A DNA stretch of 64,000 nt, taken from Squalus acanthias. Its lineage: Eukaryota. Positions 34,560-46,067 of this stretch are shown one piece after another (within the stretch, counting starts at the first letter, position 1; each line of letters opens with the position of its first letter). The translations under genes were made by a program, and so were the position numbers. The notes under the pieces are model-generated. The model was given only the letters and a program-made list of their open reading frames with translations, ran no database searches and was not told the DNA's origin. The DNA lies in contig CM059435.1 of the NCBI GenBank assembly GCA_030390025.1, positions 30,380,001-30,444,000 on the forward strand, in the 5' to 3' direction.

Positions 34560-37272
34560 AAAACATAGAAACATAGAAGATAGGAGCAGGAGTAGGCCAT
34601 TCGGCCCCTCGAGCCTGCTCCACCATTCGATGAGATCATGGCTGATCATCTAAACTCAGTACCCTGTACCTGCCTTCTCCCCATATCCCTTGATACCTTT
34701 AGCTTTAAGAAATATATCTAACTCATCCTTGAATATATTTAATGACTTCGCCTCAACTACCTTCTGTGGTAGAGAATTCCACAGGTTCACCACTCTCTGG
34801 GTGAAGAAATTCTTCCTCATTTCTGTCCTAAATGGTTTACCCGTTATCCGTAGATTATGACCCCTGGTTCTGGACTCTCCGACCATCGGGAACATTCTTC
34901 CTGCATCTAGTTTGTCCAGACCTGTCAGAATTTTATATGTTTCGATGAGATCCCCTCTCATTCTTCTATACTCCAGTGAGTATAAGCCCAATCGACCCAA
35001 TCTCTCCTCATATGTCATTCCTGCCATCCCAGGTATCAGCCTTGTGAATCTTCGCTGAACTCCTTCCATGGCAAGAACATCCTTCCTCAGATAAGGCGAC
35101 CAAAACTGCACACAGTACTCAAGGTGTGGTCTCACCAAGGCCCTGTACAACTGCAGCAGGACATCCCTGTTCCTATACTCAAACCCTTTCGCTATGAAGG
35201 CCAACATACCATTTGCCTTCTTCACCGCCTGCTGCACCTGCATGCTTACTTTCAGCGACTGGTGCACAAGGACACCCAGGTCTCGTTGCACTTCCCCTTC
35301 TCCCAATCTATTGCCATTCAGATAATAGTCTGCCTTTCTGTTTTTGACACCAAAGTGGATAACCTCGCACTTATCCACGTTATATTGCATCTGCCACGCT
35401 TCTGCCCACTCACCCAACCTGTCCAGATCATCCTGGAGTTTCTCGCTATCCTCTCGCTGCACACACTCCCACCCAGCTTTGTGTCATCTGCAAACTTGGA
35501 GATATTACATTTAATTCTCTTATCTAGATCATTAATGTATATTGTGAATAGCTGGGGTCCAAGGACCGATCCCTGCGGTACCCCACTAGTCACTGCTTGC
35601 CACTCGGAAAAAGACCCATTAATTCCTACTCTCTGCTTTCTGTCCGCCAACCAGTTCTCTATCCAAGTCAATACCTTGCCCCCAATCCCATGTGCCTCAA
35701 CTTTACCCGCTAATCTCTTATGCGGGACCTTATCGAAAGCCTTTTGAAAGTCCAAATACACCACATCTACTGGTTCTCCCTTATCTATTTTCCCAGTTAC
35801 ATCCTCAAAAAATTCCAGTGGATTAGTCAAGCACGATTTACCTTTTGTAAATCCATGTTGACTTTGTCCGATCCTGTCACTGTTTTTCAAATGCTCAGCT
35901 ATTACATCCTTTATAATGGACTCTAGCATTTTCCCCACTACCGATGTCAGGCTTACCGGTCTGTAATTCCTCGCTTTCTCTCTACCACCCTTTTTGAATA
36001 GTGGGGTAACATTAGCTACCCTCCAATCCATGGGTACAGTTCCAGATTCCATCGAATGTTGGAAGATGATCAGCAATGCATCTACTATTTCTAGGGCCAC
36101 TTCCTTAAGTACCCTAGGATGTAGATTATCAGGCCCTGGGGATTTATCGGCCTTCAATACCGTCAATTTCCCTAACACCATTTCCCTGCAAATACTGATT
36201 TCTTTCAGTTCCTCCCTTTCATCAGACCGTATGTTCTCCAACATCTCTGGGAGGTTATTTGTGTCCTCCTTTGTGAAGACAGAACCAAAATATGCATTTA
36301 ATTGGGCTGCCATTTCTTTGTTCCCCATTATAACTTCCCCCGCTTCTGACTGCAAGGGACCTACACTTGATTTCACTAATCTTTTTCTCTTCACATATCT
36401 ATAAAAGCTCTTACAGTCAGTTTTTATGTTCCCAGCAAGCTTACTTTCATATTCTATTTTCCCCTTCTTAATTAATCCCTTTGTCCTCCTTTGTTGAATC
36501 CTAAACTGCTCCCAATCCTCAGGGCTACCGCTTTTTCTGGCCAATTTATATGCCCTCTCCTTGGATCTTATGCTATCCCTAATTTCCCTTGTTAGCCACG
36601 GTTGAGTCACCCTTTTTGTTTTATTCTTATGCCACACTGGGATGTACAAATTCTGTAGTTCATCCATGCAGTCTTTGAATGTTTGCCATTGCCTATCCAC
36701 CGTCAACCCCTTGAGTGACATTCCCCAATCAATCCTACCCAATTCGCGCCTCATACCATCGTAGTTTCCTTTATTTAAATTCAGGACCCTAGTCTCTGAT
36801 TCAACTACTTCACTCTCCATCCTAATGAAGAATTCTATCATATTATGATCACTCTGACCCAAGGGGCCTCATACAACAAGATTGCTAATTAATCCTTTCT
36901 CGTTGCATAATACCCAGTCTAAGATGGCCTGATCTCTGGTTGGTTCCTCGACATATTGTTCCAGAAAACCATCTCGTAAACATTCTAGGAATTCCTCCTC
37001 CACAGTATTTTTACTAATTTGGTTAGCCCAATCTATATGTAAATTAAAGTCACCCATGATGACTGCTGTGCCCTTACTGCATGCTTCTCTAATTTCCCTT
37101 TTAATGCCGTCCCCAACCTCCGTATTACTGTTTGGAGGTCTATATACCACTCCCACTAACGTTTTCTGCCCCTTGTTATTTCTCAGTTCTACCCATACAG
37201 ATTCCGCATCATCAGAGCTAATATCCTTCCTTTCAATTGTGTTAATCCCCTCTTTAACCAGCAATGCTACCC
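34560..37272 (-). mobile_element. CR1 LINE (third family): partial endonuclease, RT and 3' UTR
   Basis: ORFs 36869-37264 (VGVVYRPPN, MGDFN, ILDWVL), 35318-36862 ([26 protein letters not shown]) and 34656-35462 (RPHLEYC); (AAACATAG)n tail. Confidence 0.95.
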
Positions 37273-37279
37273 CATTAGA

Positions 37280-39345
37280 GTATCAGCTGTGGCTCAGTGG
37301 GTAGCACACTTGCCTCTGAGTCAGAAGGTTGTGGGTTTAAGTCCCACTCCAGGGACTTGAGCACATAAATCTAGGCTGACACTCCAGTGCAGTGCTGAGG
37401 GAGTGTTGGAGGTGCCATCTTTCAGATGAGATGTTAAACCAAGGCCTGCTTGAAGGGATAATTACAAGTCCTAGCCCTTTTCGGGCTACCCCAGATCAGG
37501 CGTATTCCCCAGATGTTCACCTTCAACTAAAGTTAAAGATAGCCGAATTCTATAAGACGCTTAATTGGGTCTAAAGGTCAGACTACCCTTCTCTAAAGGA
37601 AAGGAACGACGTGAAGATGTTACCGTCCTCCGGATAGCACTTTTAATAAGTTTAACTAGACTGTAAACTTCCGGATATTATGAGGGTCCGGAATACCCCC
37701 CAGAATTATGCAACTCCTTTGAGCGTACAGAAATTGAGTTCGCGAGTTTATACAGAAATACACTGTGAGACAATTCTAAAAATATATAGATTTATTAAAG
37801 AACCGACATTTAGTTAACAGCTGTTATGGCAATCGCAACATTAACCATTCAAAATACAAATAGCTTACATTTCTTATCAGAGATCCTTATTCTCAAATCT
37901 TAACTTCGTTACACTTCCACACTTCTACTTATTTCTTAATCCAGAATATCCACCAAAATCAAATACCTTGATTACCCGAGACTCAGAGTTGTAAACTTAC
38001 AGAGCGTGCCTGTGAAGTTGAGAAATGCTTGCCCTTCCAGCGACTTCTGACTTTTCATCTGAAAAGCTCTTATTTTTATACTCTTTTTTAGTGGTATTTT
38101 CTTTGAAGTATTCTGCTGATGTAAGCTAATTGTCTCTAGTGTTACTCTATTGAATTGTTTTCTATTCTTACTGTCATTTCAGCTGCCACCTCTTAGAATT
38201 CTGTCTGTACCTTTAGGTGTTTCAAAAACTTATCATTTTTATGGTTATCGATTTATCTATTTGATGCCATTCTTAGGAAGTCTTTCTATTGAATTTCTAA
38301 ATCACCTCTGCTGTTTGTAACACAGACTCCTGTCTCCTTGCGTTCCAAGTTTAACACATAAACAATGTAATTGCTTGGTGTCATCTATTGATGTAATATC
38401 TACAAAGTCTCTCTGTAGGTACTTTTTACAATTTGTAATTCAAAAACACTTCATCTAGGGTGTTCTTTGCATTTCTTATTTACTTCAATTGATTATATTA
38501 AGAACCATGTCTCCTTGTTCTAAGTTTAACATAAAACTATTTTACGGCAGGTATTTCTTTTACTTGATGTCATTTTTTCAAAGGCACTTGGTTTTTTTAA
38601 TGTTCTGTGCACCTGTTCGACGTGTTAGATTTTGACACTTTACTTGGGTCATTCCATTGTGTTGGTTCCAATGTTCAGACATAGAGGAACCTCCAGCCTG
38701 CTGTTTCAATAGGGCCATGTCTTTGTATTTACAAACATTTCCCATTTCAAAGCTTGTGATGTTTACAACTTTGTTAACAACTGATCTTTATCTCAGAAGC
38801 CTGTATTTCTGTTTTACGGCTTGTGTCGTTGAGGCTTTTAGATTTTTAACCCCAGTTTGTCATGTTTTAATATTATCAAATCTGTTTATAGGATGGTATA
38901 TTTCTTGGAATATGGCTATTTCATTCACATGCTCTCTCAGGTGGATGCAAAAGATTCCATGGCACTAGGTCAAAGAAGAGCAGGGGAGTTATCCCTGGTG
39001 CCTGGCCAATATTTATCCCTCAATCAACATAATAAAGAAGAGCTGGGGAGTTATCCCTGGTGCCTGGCCAATATTTATCCCTCAATCAACATAATAAAGA
39101 AGAGCAGGGGAGTTAGCCCCAGTGTCCTGGCCAATATTTATCCCTCAAGCAACATAACAAAAACAGTTTATCTTGTCATTATCACATTGCTGTTTGTGGG
39201 AGCTTGCTGTGCGCAAATTGGCTGCCACGTTTCCCACATTACAACAGTGATTACACTCCAAAAGTACTTCATTGGCTGTAAAGCGCTTTGAGACGTCCAG
39301 TGGTCGTGAAAGGTGCTGTATAAATGTAAGTCTTTCTTTCTTTTA
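37280..39345 (+). mobile_element. Deu-domain SINE split by a solo LTR (37280-37450 and 38930-39345), with an internal ~61-bp triplication at ~38975-39155
   Basis: A box TGGCTCAGTGG, B-box-like GGTTTAAGTCC, (TCTT)n tail; the two halves join into the SINE consensus. Confidence 0.88.
37451..38929 (-). mobile_element. Solo LTR (1479 bp), AT-rich, unrelated to the LTR at 14818
   Basis: TGAAGG...TTCACA termini; perfect TSD TGCT (37447-37450, 38930-38933) inside a SINE; minus-strand TATAAAAA at ~38073-38080 and AATAAA at 37791-37796. Confidence 0.85.
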
Positions 39346-41019
39346 TGTTAGTGATCCAGGGTGCTGAGAGGTCCTGGCTTGCTCACCAGGTACCAGCTGT
39401 GGATGAGTCTGTTCTTCCATTCTTAAGAATGCAGAGAGAACAAAATATCAAAATGTTGCCTCAAAGAATAATTTTCAAACATGATTTTCATTACACAAGA
39501 CTCCATGTGATCTTACAAGTTACATGATATGAACGTTATAGTACTAGCCTAACTAGGTGAAAACCCCCAGGTTCACCATCCCCCACTCTCTCAATGCTCT
39601 CATAACCAATGATTTTGCATGTGGCCATGTTCAAAAGGGATGAGGGGGGTTAAGCAGTTTGTATTTATCCATTGTGAATTATTTATCCAGGCAGAGGGTT
39701 GATCACAGTTGTTCCCCATTTTATTTCCCATGCCACACACTTGCTGTACCTGAGAATTTGAAGTGGGGTACTAGATCTCAGATCTCTGCGAATGACACTA
39801 TGGAGATAATTTTCTCTCACTTGCTGAGGTGAAGCAGTTGCCCTTGCTTTGACTGCCCTCCTACCTCTTAACATGTTGACTCAGATTAGTAACTTGCCAT
39901 TTGGTAAATCAGTATCTTGAAGCACCAGCAAGCTGTCGCACCATCTCTTCTGTGGATATATATTGGTGACAAATTCTTTTCAATGCTTGATCTACACACA
40001 TTGGCATATTATCATGGTACAACGTAATGGTGGAAGAAGCCTCATTGTGTTCTTCAATTTCATTCTAAATGCTTTTTAAAAATGTTGCGTGAGACCTTTG
40101 TGAATGCCAATGCAGTTTCCCTGAGCATAAATCTAGCACAGATGGCTGCCATCCAATTGTAAAATTGCTGAGACTTTCTAAGCCTGGCTGCTGGCACTCC
40201 AGTCTGAGCGAGTAGTTTTACATTTGGTTTGTGGCTGGCTGTGTGAGACCCATGTTTGGGGGAAACTGGTGTCACCAGCGCAATATTAAATCACCTTGCA
40301 GTAGTTTTCCATAGTATTCAGTTACAAATCTTGAACATCTTGACTTGGTAATCAATTCCAGATTATAGTGGAACAAACAGGTGGTGAAGGTGGCTGGAAC
40401 AGTCATTAGAAGAGTAAAAATTCTCAAGGAACCTTGCCCCAACTGCTCACTATTGGCAACTATAGTGTTCTTCAGAATGTACATCAGCCCAGGGATGGAA
40501 CTTTACAGTTCTGTTTACAGAAAAATGTGATGGATATTAGTGCTGGTTAGTTGTTGCATACCTGAAGAATGGGGCAAATGGAGTGAGAATAGTTTCAGTA
40601 TAATTAAAGGGGGCTTTGTATTTCCACAATATTACAGGATCTGGCTGATGGTTTTATACTTGTCAAGTCCACACACAAAAAAATTGATAAATTAATGAAC
40701 CCCAGTATACTTACAATGATTATATTCCTGATGCATTCATTTTTACCTTGATCCTTGCTGTTTGTTTTCCTGTAGCCACGTTTTCTGCTCGGATGAAAGT
40801 TGCATGATCCTGCTCCCTGCTGGAGCTGTGTCCTCATGAGACAAGGCTCAGCAGCTGGAAATGGGAGGATTTTAATGATACAATCCCACGGATCCAAACA
40901 AAGATCTTATCAACACACAGATTAATTTGTCATTCATCTCACTGATTCACTGGAATCCTGCTGTGCAAAAAACGGTGTCCGGATTTGCCTAAATGACAGT
41001 CAATGTACTTCAAAGTAAT

Positions 41020-41400
41020 TCATTGGGAGCCAATGCAGGTTAATGAGGACGGTGTGATCAGTGAGCAAGACTTTGTGCAGGATAGGATACAGGCGGCACA
41101 GTTTTGGATGAGCTGCAGTTACTGGAGGGTGGAGCATGGAAGGCCAACAAGGAGAGAATTCGAACAGTTGAGCCTAGAGGTGGCACAGACATGGATGAGG
41201 GTTCAGCAGTTGATGGCCTGTGGTCGGAGCAGTTTATATGGGGGCAGAAGTTCAGTTTGGGGTTGAATAGGATGCCCAGATTGAGAACTGTCGGGTTCAG
41301 CCTGAGACAATGGCCAGAGGTGGTGGGGGTGGGGGGAGGGGGGGTTGGTCGGGGGGTGGCGGGAGGTGGAATCAATGGCAAGGGTACAACGTTTGATGCC
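41020..41400 (-). mobile_element. Old L2 fragment, preceded by a short plus-strand SINE remnant (~40905-41020)
   Basis: CLRLNPTVLNLGILFNPKLNFCPHI resembles the other L2 copies. Confidence 0.65.
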
Positions 41401-42524
41401 TAATCTGGTGTCGTTGTCTTATAAAGAAAAACTTCATATTCTACCTTTCGTCCTAAAATCGCATTTAAGACTAAAAAAGCAATACATTGTGCAGTGAGTA
41501 AGTTTGTAGGATTTGGAGGGCATTGAGCATCACAAAGGAGCAGGCACATTTTCAAAGGCCTCCTGGGTAAATTGTAATATTCTCAATTTCCATTGAGGTA
41601 TTTCTCTCAAAAGTTGAATGCATCAACTAAGTTCTGACATTTACACTGGTTAAGCAGCTTGTAAATTGCTGGAGACATGTTGAAGGATCAGTATGACAGG
41701 CACATTGTTATTGGTTCTTTTCATTGCTGCTAATGAAAATGCATTCTCAGGAAGTGCACATTTTAAAACTCTACACACCTGCGATCCTTTGTTTAGTAGA
41801 TCAAAAAAGAGTGAATACAGACTTGCCTTGCACTTTGGCTTTTTTTGCAGAATTATTGACTGTGAATGAGGGACATCTGCAGCCACCATTTCATCTTGGC
41901 ATTGCATCCCCCTTTAATTATATATGATATCCAATGATGGTTGTTTCTAAATAATACCTTCAGTTTGCTAAATTCAGGTGTGGCATATTTAAAAGAACTT
42001 GGAAGAAAATGATAGCATTGTTCTAACACTGGATATCTGATGGCCTTAGGCTTCTAGACAAAGAGGATCAGTGTGTTCCAAATTAAGTTTGTAGTGATTG
42101 TGAAATGTGACAGAGACTTATAATTGTATAAAAGTCCAAAAGAAAAATAAATAAAAAATTCCTTCCCAGCAAACACAATACAGTTTATGAGTAGTTAGAT
42201 CGCAGTAAGCCTATCTCTGAACTGAGCCAATAAAAACATGGTATGATAACCTTTTGGGGTAAATGTACAGTTTCAGGCATGTTTGTTTGTGTGCAGAAAA
42301 TCAGATTAAAGGTTGGCCTAGCCAAACTGGTTTTAATGCAAAATATGACGAATAATTAATACGTGGCAAGTCTTTACTAATTTTTAGAATAGACATTGAA
42401 AAATAATGTCCTCTGCTGTTTAGCCCAGTTCTATCTGGAATTTCAGCATAGTACCAAGATATGACTTTCTGAAACTACAAGTTGAAACCCAGAAGATACC
42501 ACCCTACATCACATTTTATCCTCG

Positions 42525-43287
42525 ACCAATGTAGATCCACTCTCACCTCTGAGTCAGAAGATTGTGGGTTCAAGCACTACTCCAGAGACCTGAGGGAGTA
42601 CTGCACTGTCAGAGGTGCCATCTTTCAATTAGATGTTAAACTGAGGCCTTATCTGCCCTCTCAAGTGGACGTAAAAGATCCCATGACACTATTTCAAAGG
42701 AGAGCAGGCACGTTCTCCCGGTGTCCTGACCAACATTTAACCCTTGACCAACATCACCTAAAACAGATTATCTGGTTATTTATCTCATTGCTGTTTGTGA
42801 GACCTTGCTGTGCACAAATTGGCTGCCATGTTCCTTATATCCAGGATAAAGTAGCCCGCTTGATTGGCATTCCATCCACCACCTTAAACATTCACCCTCT
42901 CCACCACCAGCACACCGTGTCTGCAGTGTGTACTAAGATGCACTTCAGCAACTCGCCAAGGCTTCTTCGGCAGCACCTCCCAAACCCGCAACCTCTACCA
43001 TCTAGAAGGACAAGGGCAGCAGGTGCATGGGAACACCATCACCTGCAAGTTCCCCTCCAAGTTACACACCATCCTGACTTGGAAATATATCGCTGTTCCT
43101 TGATCGTTACTGGGTCAAAATCCTGGAACTCCCTCCCTAACAGCACTGTGGGAGTACCTTCACCACGCGGACTGCTGCGGTTCAAGAAGGTGGCTCACCA
43201 CCACCTTCTCAAGGGCTAATAGGGATGGGCAATAATGCTGGCCTTGCCAGTGATGCCCACATCCCAGGAATGAATTTAAAAAAAACA
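42525..43287 (+). mobile_element. Deu-SINE body (42525-42840) fused to a CR1/Zenon-like LINE 3' end (42841-43287, poly-A)
   Basis: SINE B box GGTTCAAGCAC and core, then IQDKVARLIGIPSTTLNIHPLHHQHTV...SWNSLPN...FKKVAHHHL. Confidence 0.8.
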
Positions 43288-44007
43288 TGAAAAACAGGCT
43301 ATTTGGTTGAACCAATCCTTATTGGTGTTTACCCTTCATATCAGCAATAGTCCTATTCCTATGTGCCCACTCTCTTCCCATATGCCTTTGTTCCCCTTTC
43401 CTTCAGCCATCTAGCTATCCTATTTGTAAATGTTGGCATGGCCTCTCCTTCAATCACTAATTCCATTAGTGCATTCCACATCCTCAGACCCCTTGTGCAA
43501 AAATAAAAGCTTCCTGCTCTGTGTCCTAACTCACTTATATTTAATCTTATATCTATATTTTCTCATTCAAGACAGCTCAATTCCTTCTTTGCAACTTTCC
43601 TGATATGTTTCTTATTGTTTTGTATCATTTGTGTTAGTTACTGTATTCAAAATGTAACCTTTGCCTAATTCCACTGGCTAATCTACATATGCATTTGAAT
43701 AATATCCTTAGTTCTTTTGCGAGATTCCTAAAACCAGGGCTTGGATTATCCAATCTGGCAGGAATCCTCCAGATCAGTGGTGGTGCAGACTTTGGAACCC
43801 CCTGTCTCCCTCCGTCTGACCATATGGATCTTCCAGGATTGGTTAATAATTTTTGTAATAGGTTCTGGTGATATTGCTGGTCTTGCCAGGCCACCTGCCT
43901 TGAGTGGTGGGGGGAAGGTAATTATTGCTGCACTTGTCACAGCATAGTGTGGCCTGTGGATTCCTGGGCTGTCAAAAATGTTTTTAGAATCTATTTTGTT
44001 TTACTAA

Positions 44008-44826
44008 GGGGGTGATTTTGCCAATGGGGAGCTTTTGGAAGCGGGACTCCCACTTGTCGGATTTCAGTCCCGCCTCCATCAACTTCTGGCCAACCCACGC
44101 TATTTTCCCTTGATTGACCTTGTTAAGCCTGCCCAGCAGGCTTAGCAGGCCAATTAAGGGAAAGCTGGTTGCAGAGAATGTCAACGTATGACGTTTCATC
44201 TGTCAAAAATTTTTGACAGCTGAATGGTCATCGTTTGACAGCTCTGTGAAGCTGTCAAACACTGACATTCTCTGTAGTTTGATGAGGTCTTGAATTCAAG
44301 ACCTCATCAAACCTCTTTCTTTTGCAGAAATGAGAATGCAACAGCCATCTGTCATCTCTGCTGCGGAGGTGCAAGACTCTCCGCATACACACCGACTGAA
44401 GCCTGCAGGAAGAAACAAAGGTAAGTAAACTTTTTCTAACACTTCCCACTTACCTCAGATACTCACCTCTCCACACTTGCACCCATCACTTACCTTCACA
44501 GCGCACTTTTGCACCCCCCCCCGACCCCTGCAGACCCACTACTCGCCTCGGTGACCCTGGCGGGGTTCGGAGCCATCAGGAAGCCCGCACTTGTGTGGGC
44601 AAAATGGTGATAAGCCTATTTTCTGCCTGTTAACTACCTGTTAACAGGCAGTTAAGTGGCTGTAATCCCTTCCCGCCTCCAAGGAGACGGGACCCGGCGC
44701 GGGTCAGCTACCCGCATCCTGACAAGATGGCACGGAGGCGGGTTGGGCACCCGCCCCCAAATTCTGCCATTTTCCCAGCAGTCCCGCCTCCATACCCGCC
44801 TCCGCAGGGCTGGCAAGATCGCGCCC
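44008..44826. mobile_element. Harbinger-type MITE
   Basis: Perfect TSD TAA; TIR GGGGGTGATTTTGCCA / GGGCGCGATCTTGCCA. Confidence 0.85.
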
Positions 44827-45281
44827 TAAGTGTGCCTTGCCTCGTGCTCTGTGGTCAATTGCACTAGGCAAGGCCTGCATTAAAATGTTAACCCACCCAC
44901 CCCATCCCCTGCCTCCTTAACAACACCGGACGGCAGGAATGCAACGGTGGCCGGTGGATCGGCTGCCCGCTGCACTTCCTCTTCCTGTCCACTCTGTAAG
45001 CCAACGGGTCTAAAAAAATGATAACATTTGGATCACACAGCCCAACATGTAGCATTAGAGAAGAGACAAAAATAAAACTTGTGAAATGGAAAATACTTTG
45101 AATTACCTGTGGAAGAGGCTCGTGTGGAGCATCAACACCAGCATAGACCTGCTGGGCCAAATGGCCTGTTTCTGTGCCGTGAATTCTATGTAATGCTATG
45201 TATGTAAAACAAATTGAAGCTGTTCTGTAGATAACCACATCAGTGGGTAAAATTGCACCTTGGTTTGCCATCAAAGAAATG

Positions 45282-46067
45282 GGGCTGGACTTTCATTGAC
45301 CCGTGGAGGTGGGTTTGGAGGCGTGTGGGGGGTTAAAATTGCGAAAACTGGTGGGCGGGCACAAGCCCGCCTCCATCTCGCCTCCACGCAATTTTCATTA
45401 AATCGTGTCTGCTGGTCCCAACTCCGTCCCGCCTCTAAGAGGCGGGATAGGTTGTTAAGGCCCTTAACAAGCACTAAATTGCCTCTATAATGCCATTTTG
45501 AAAGGCCTTTGTGATTTTAACCCTTTTTCTACATGAAGCACACCACGAATGTGAAACCTGGTGGGAGCACATTTGGTTGGTTGGTTGGCTGGCTGGCTGG
45601 CTGGCTGGCATATCTGGATGGATGGATGAGGAGGAGGCATATCTGGATGGATGGATGAGGAGGAGGCATATCTGGATGGATGGATGAGGAGGAGGCATAT
45701 TTGGATGGATGGATGAGGAGGAGACATATCTGGATGGATGGATGAGGAGGAGACATATCTGGGAGTGGTGGTGCAAAAATATCTGGGAGCAGACTTAGGG
45801 CTGCTGCTGCTCGTTTTGCATCCAGGTCCTCTCACAGCAAAGGCCAGGCAGTCTTTGCAGACCTTCAATGCAGCAGCAATGATGACATCATCAGAGGTGA
45901 CTTTCAGACTGAAAACACTAATTGGTTCATGGGTTCCCACATGCTGGAACTCAATTGCCCAATTAGGTGAAAATCGCATCAATCTCCCACATCCAATTGC
46001 AGTCGGGTGGATAACACGAAAAGTGGATGACACGACCCCAACCCACCCCAGTATCAAAATCCAGCCC
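45282..46067. mobile_element. Harbinger-type MITE containing a micro/minisatellite
   Basis: TSD ATG; TIR GGGCTGGACTTT / GGGCTGGATTTT; right arm shared with 58880-59141. Confidence 0.85.
45572..45765. repeat. (TTGG)n/(CTGG)n tract followed by about five ~29-bp units CATATCTGGATGGATGGATGAGGAGGAGG
   Basis: Directly visible tandem units. Confidence 0.93.

Noticed and set aside
35124-36404. Antisense ORFs overlapping CR1 ORF2 (also 5429-5788, 6071-6475, 18480-18722)
   Set aside because: Shadow frames of LINE coding sequence, with no independent motifs.
42482-43219. 245-aa novel protein ORF
   Set aside because: Chance read-through from SINE sequence into a LINE C-terminus; non-ATG start and no evidence of expression.
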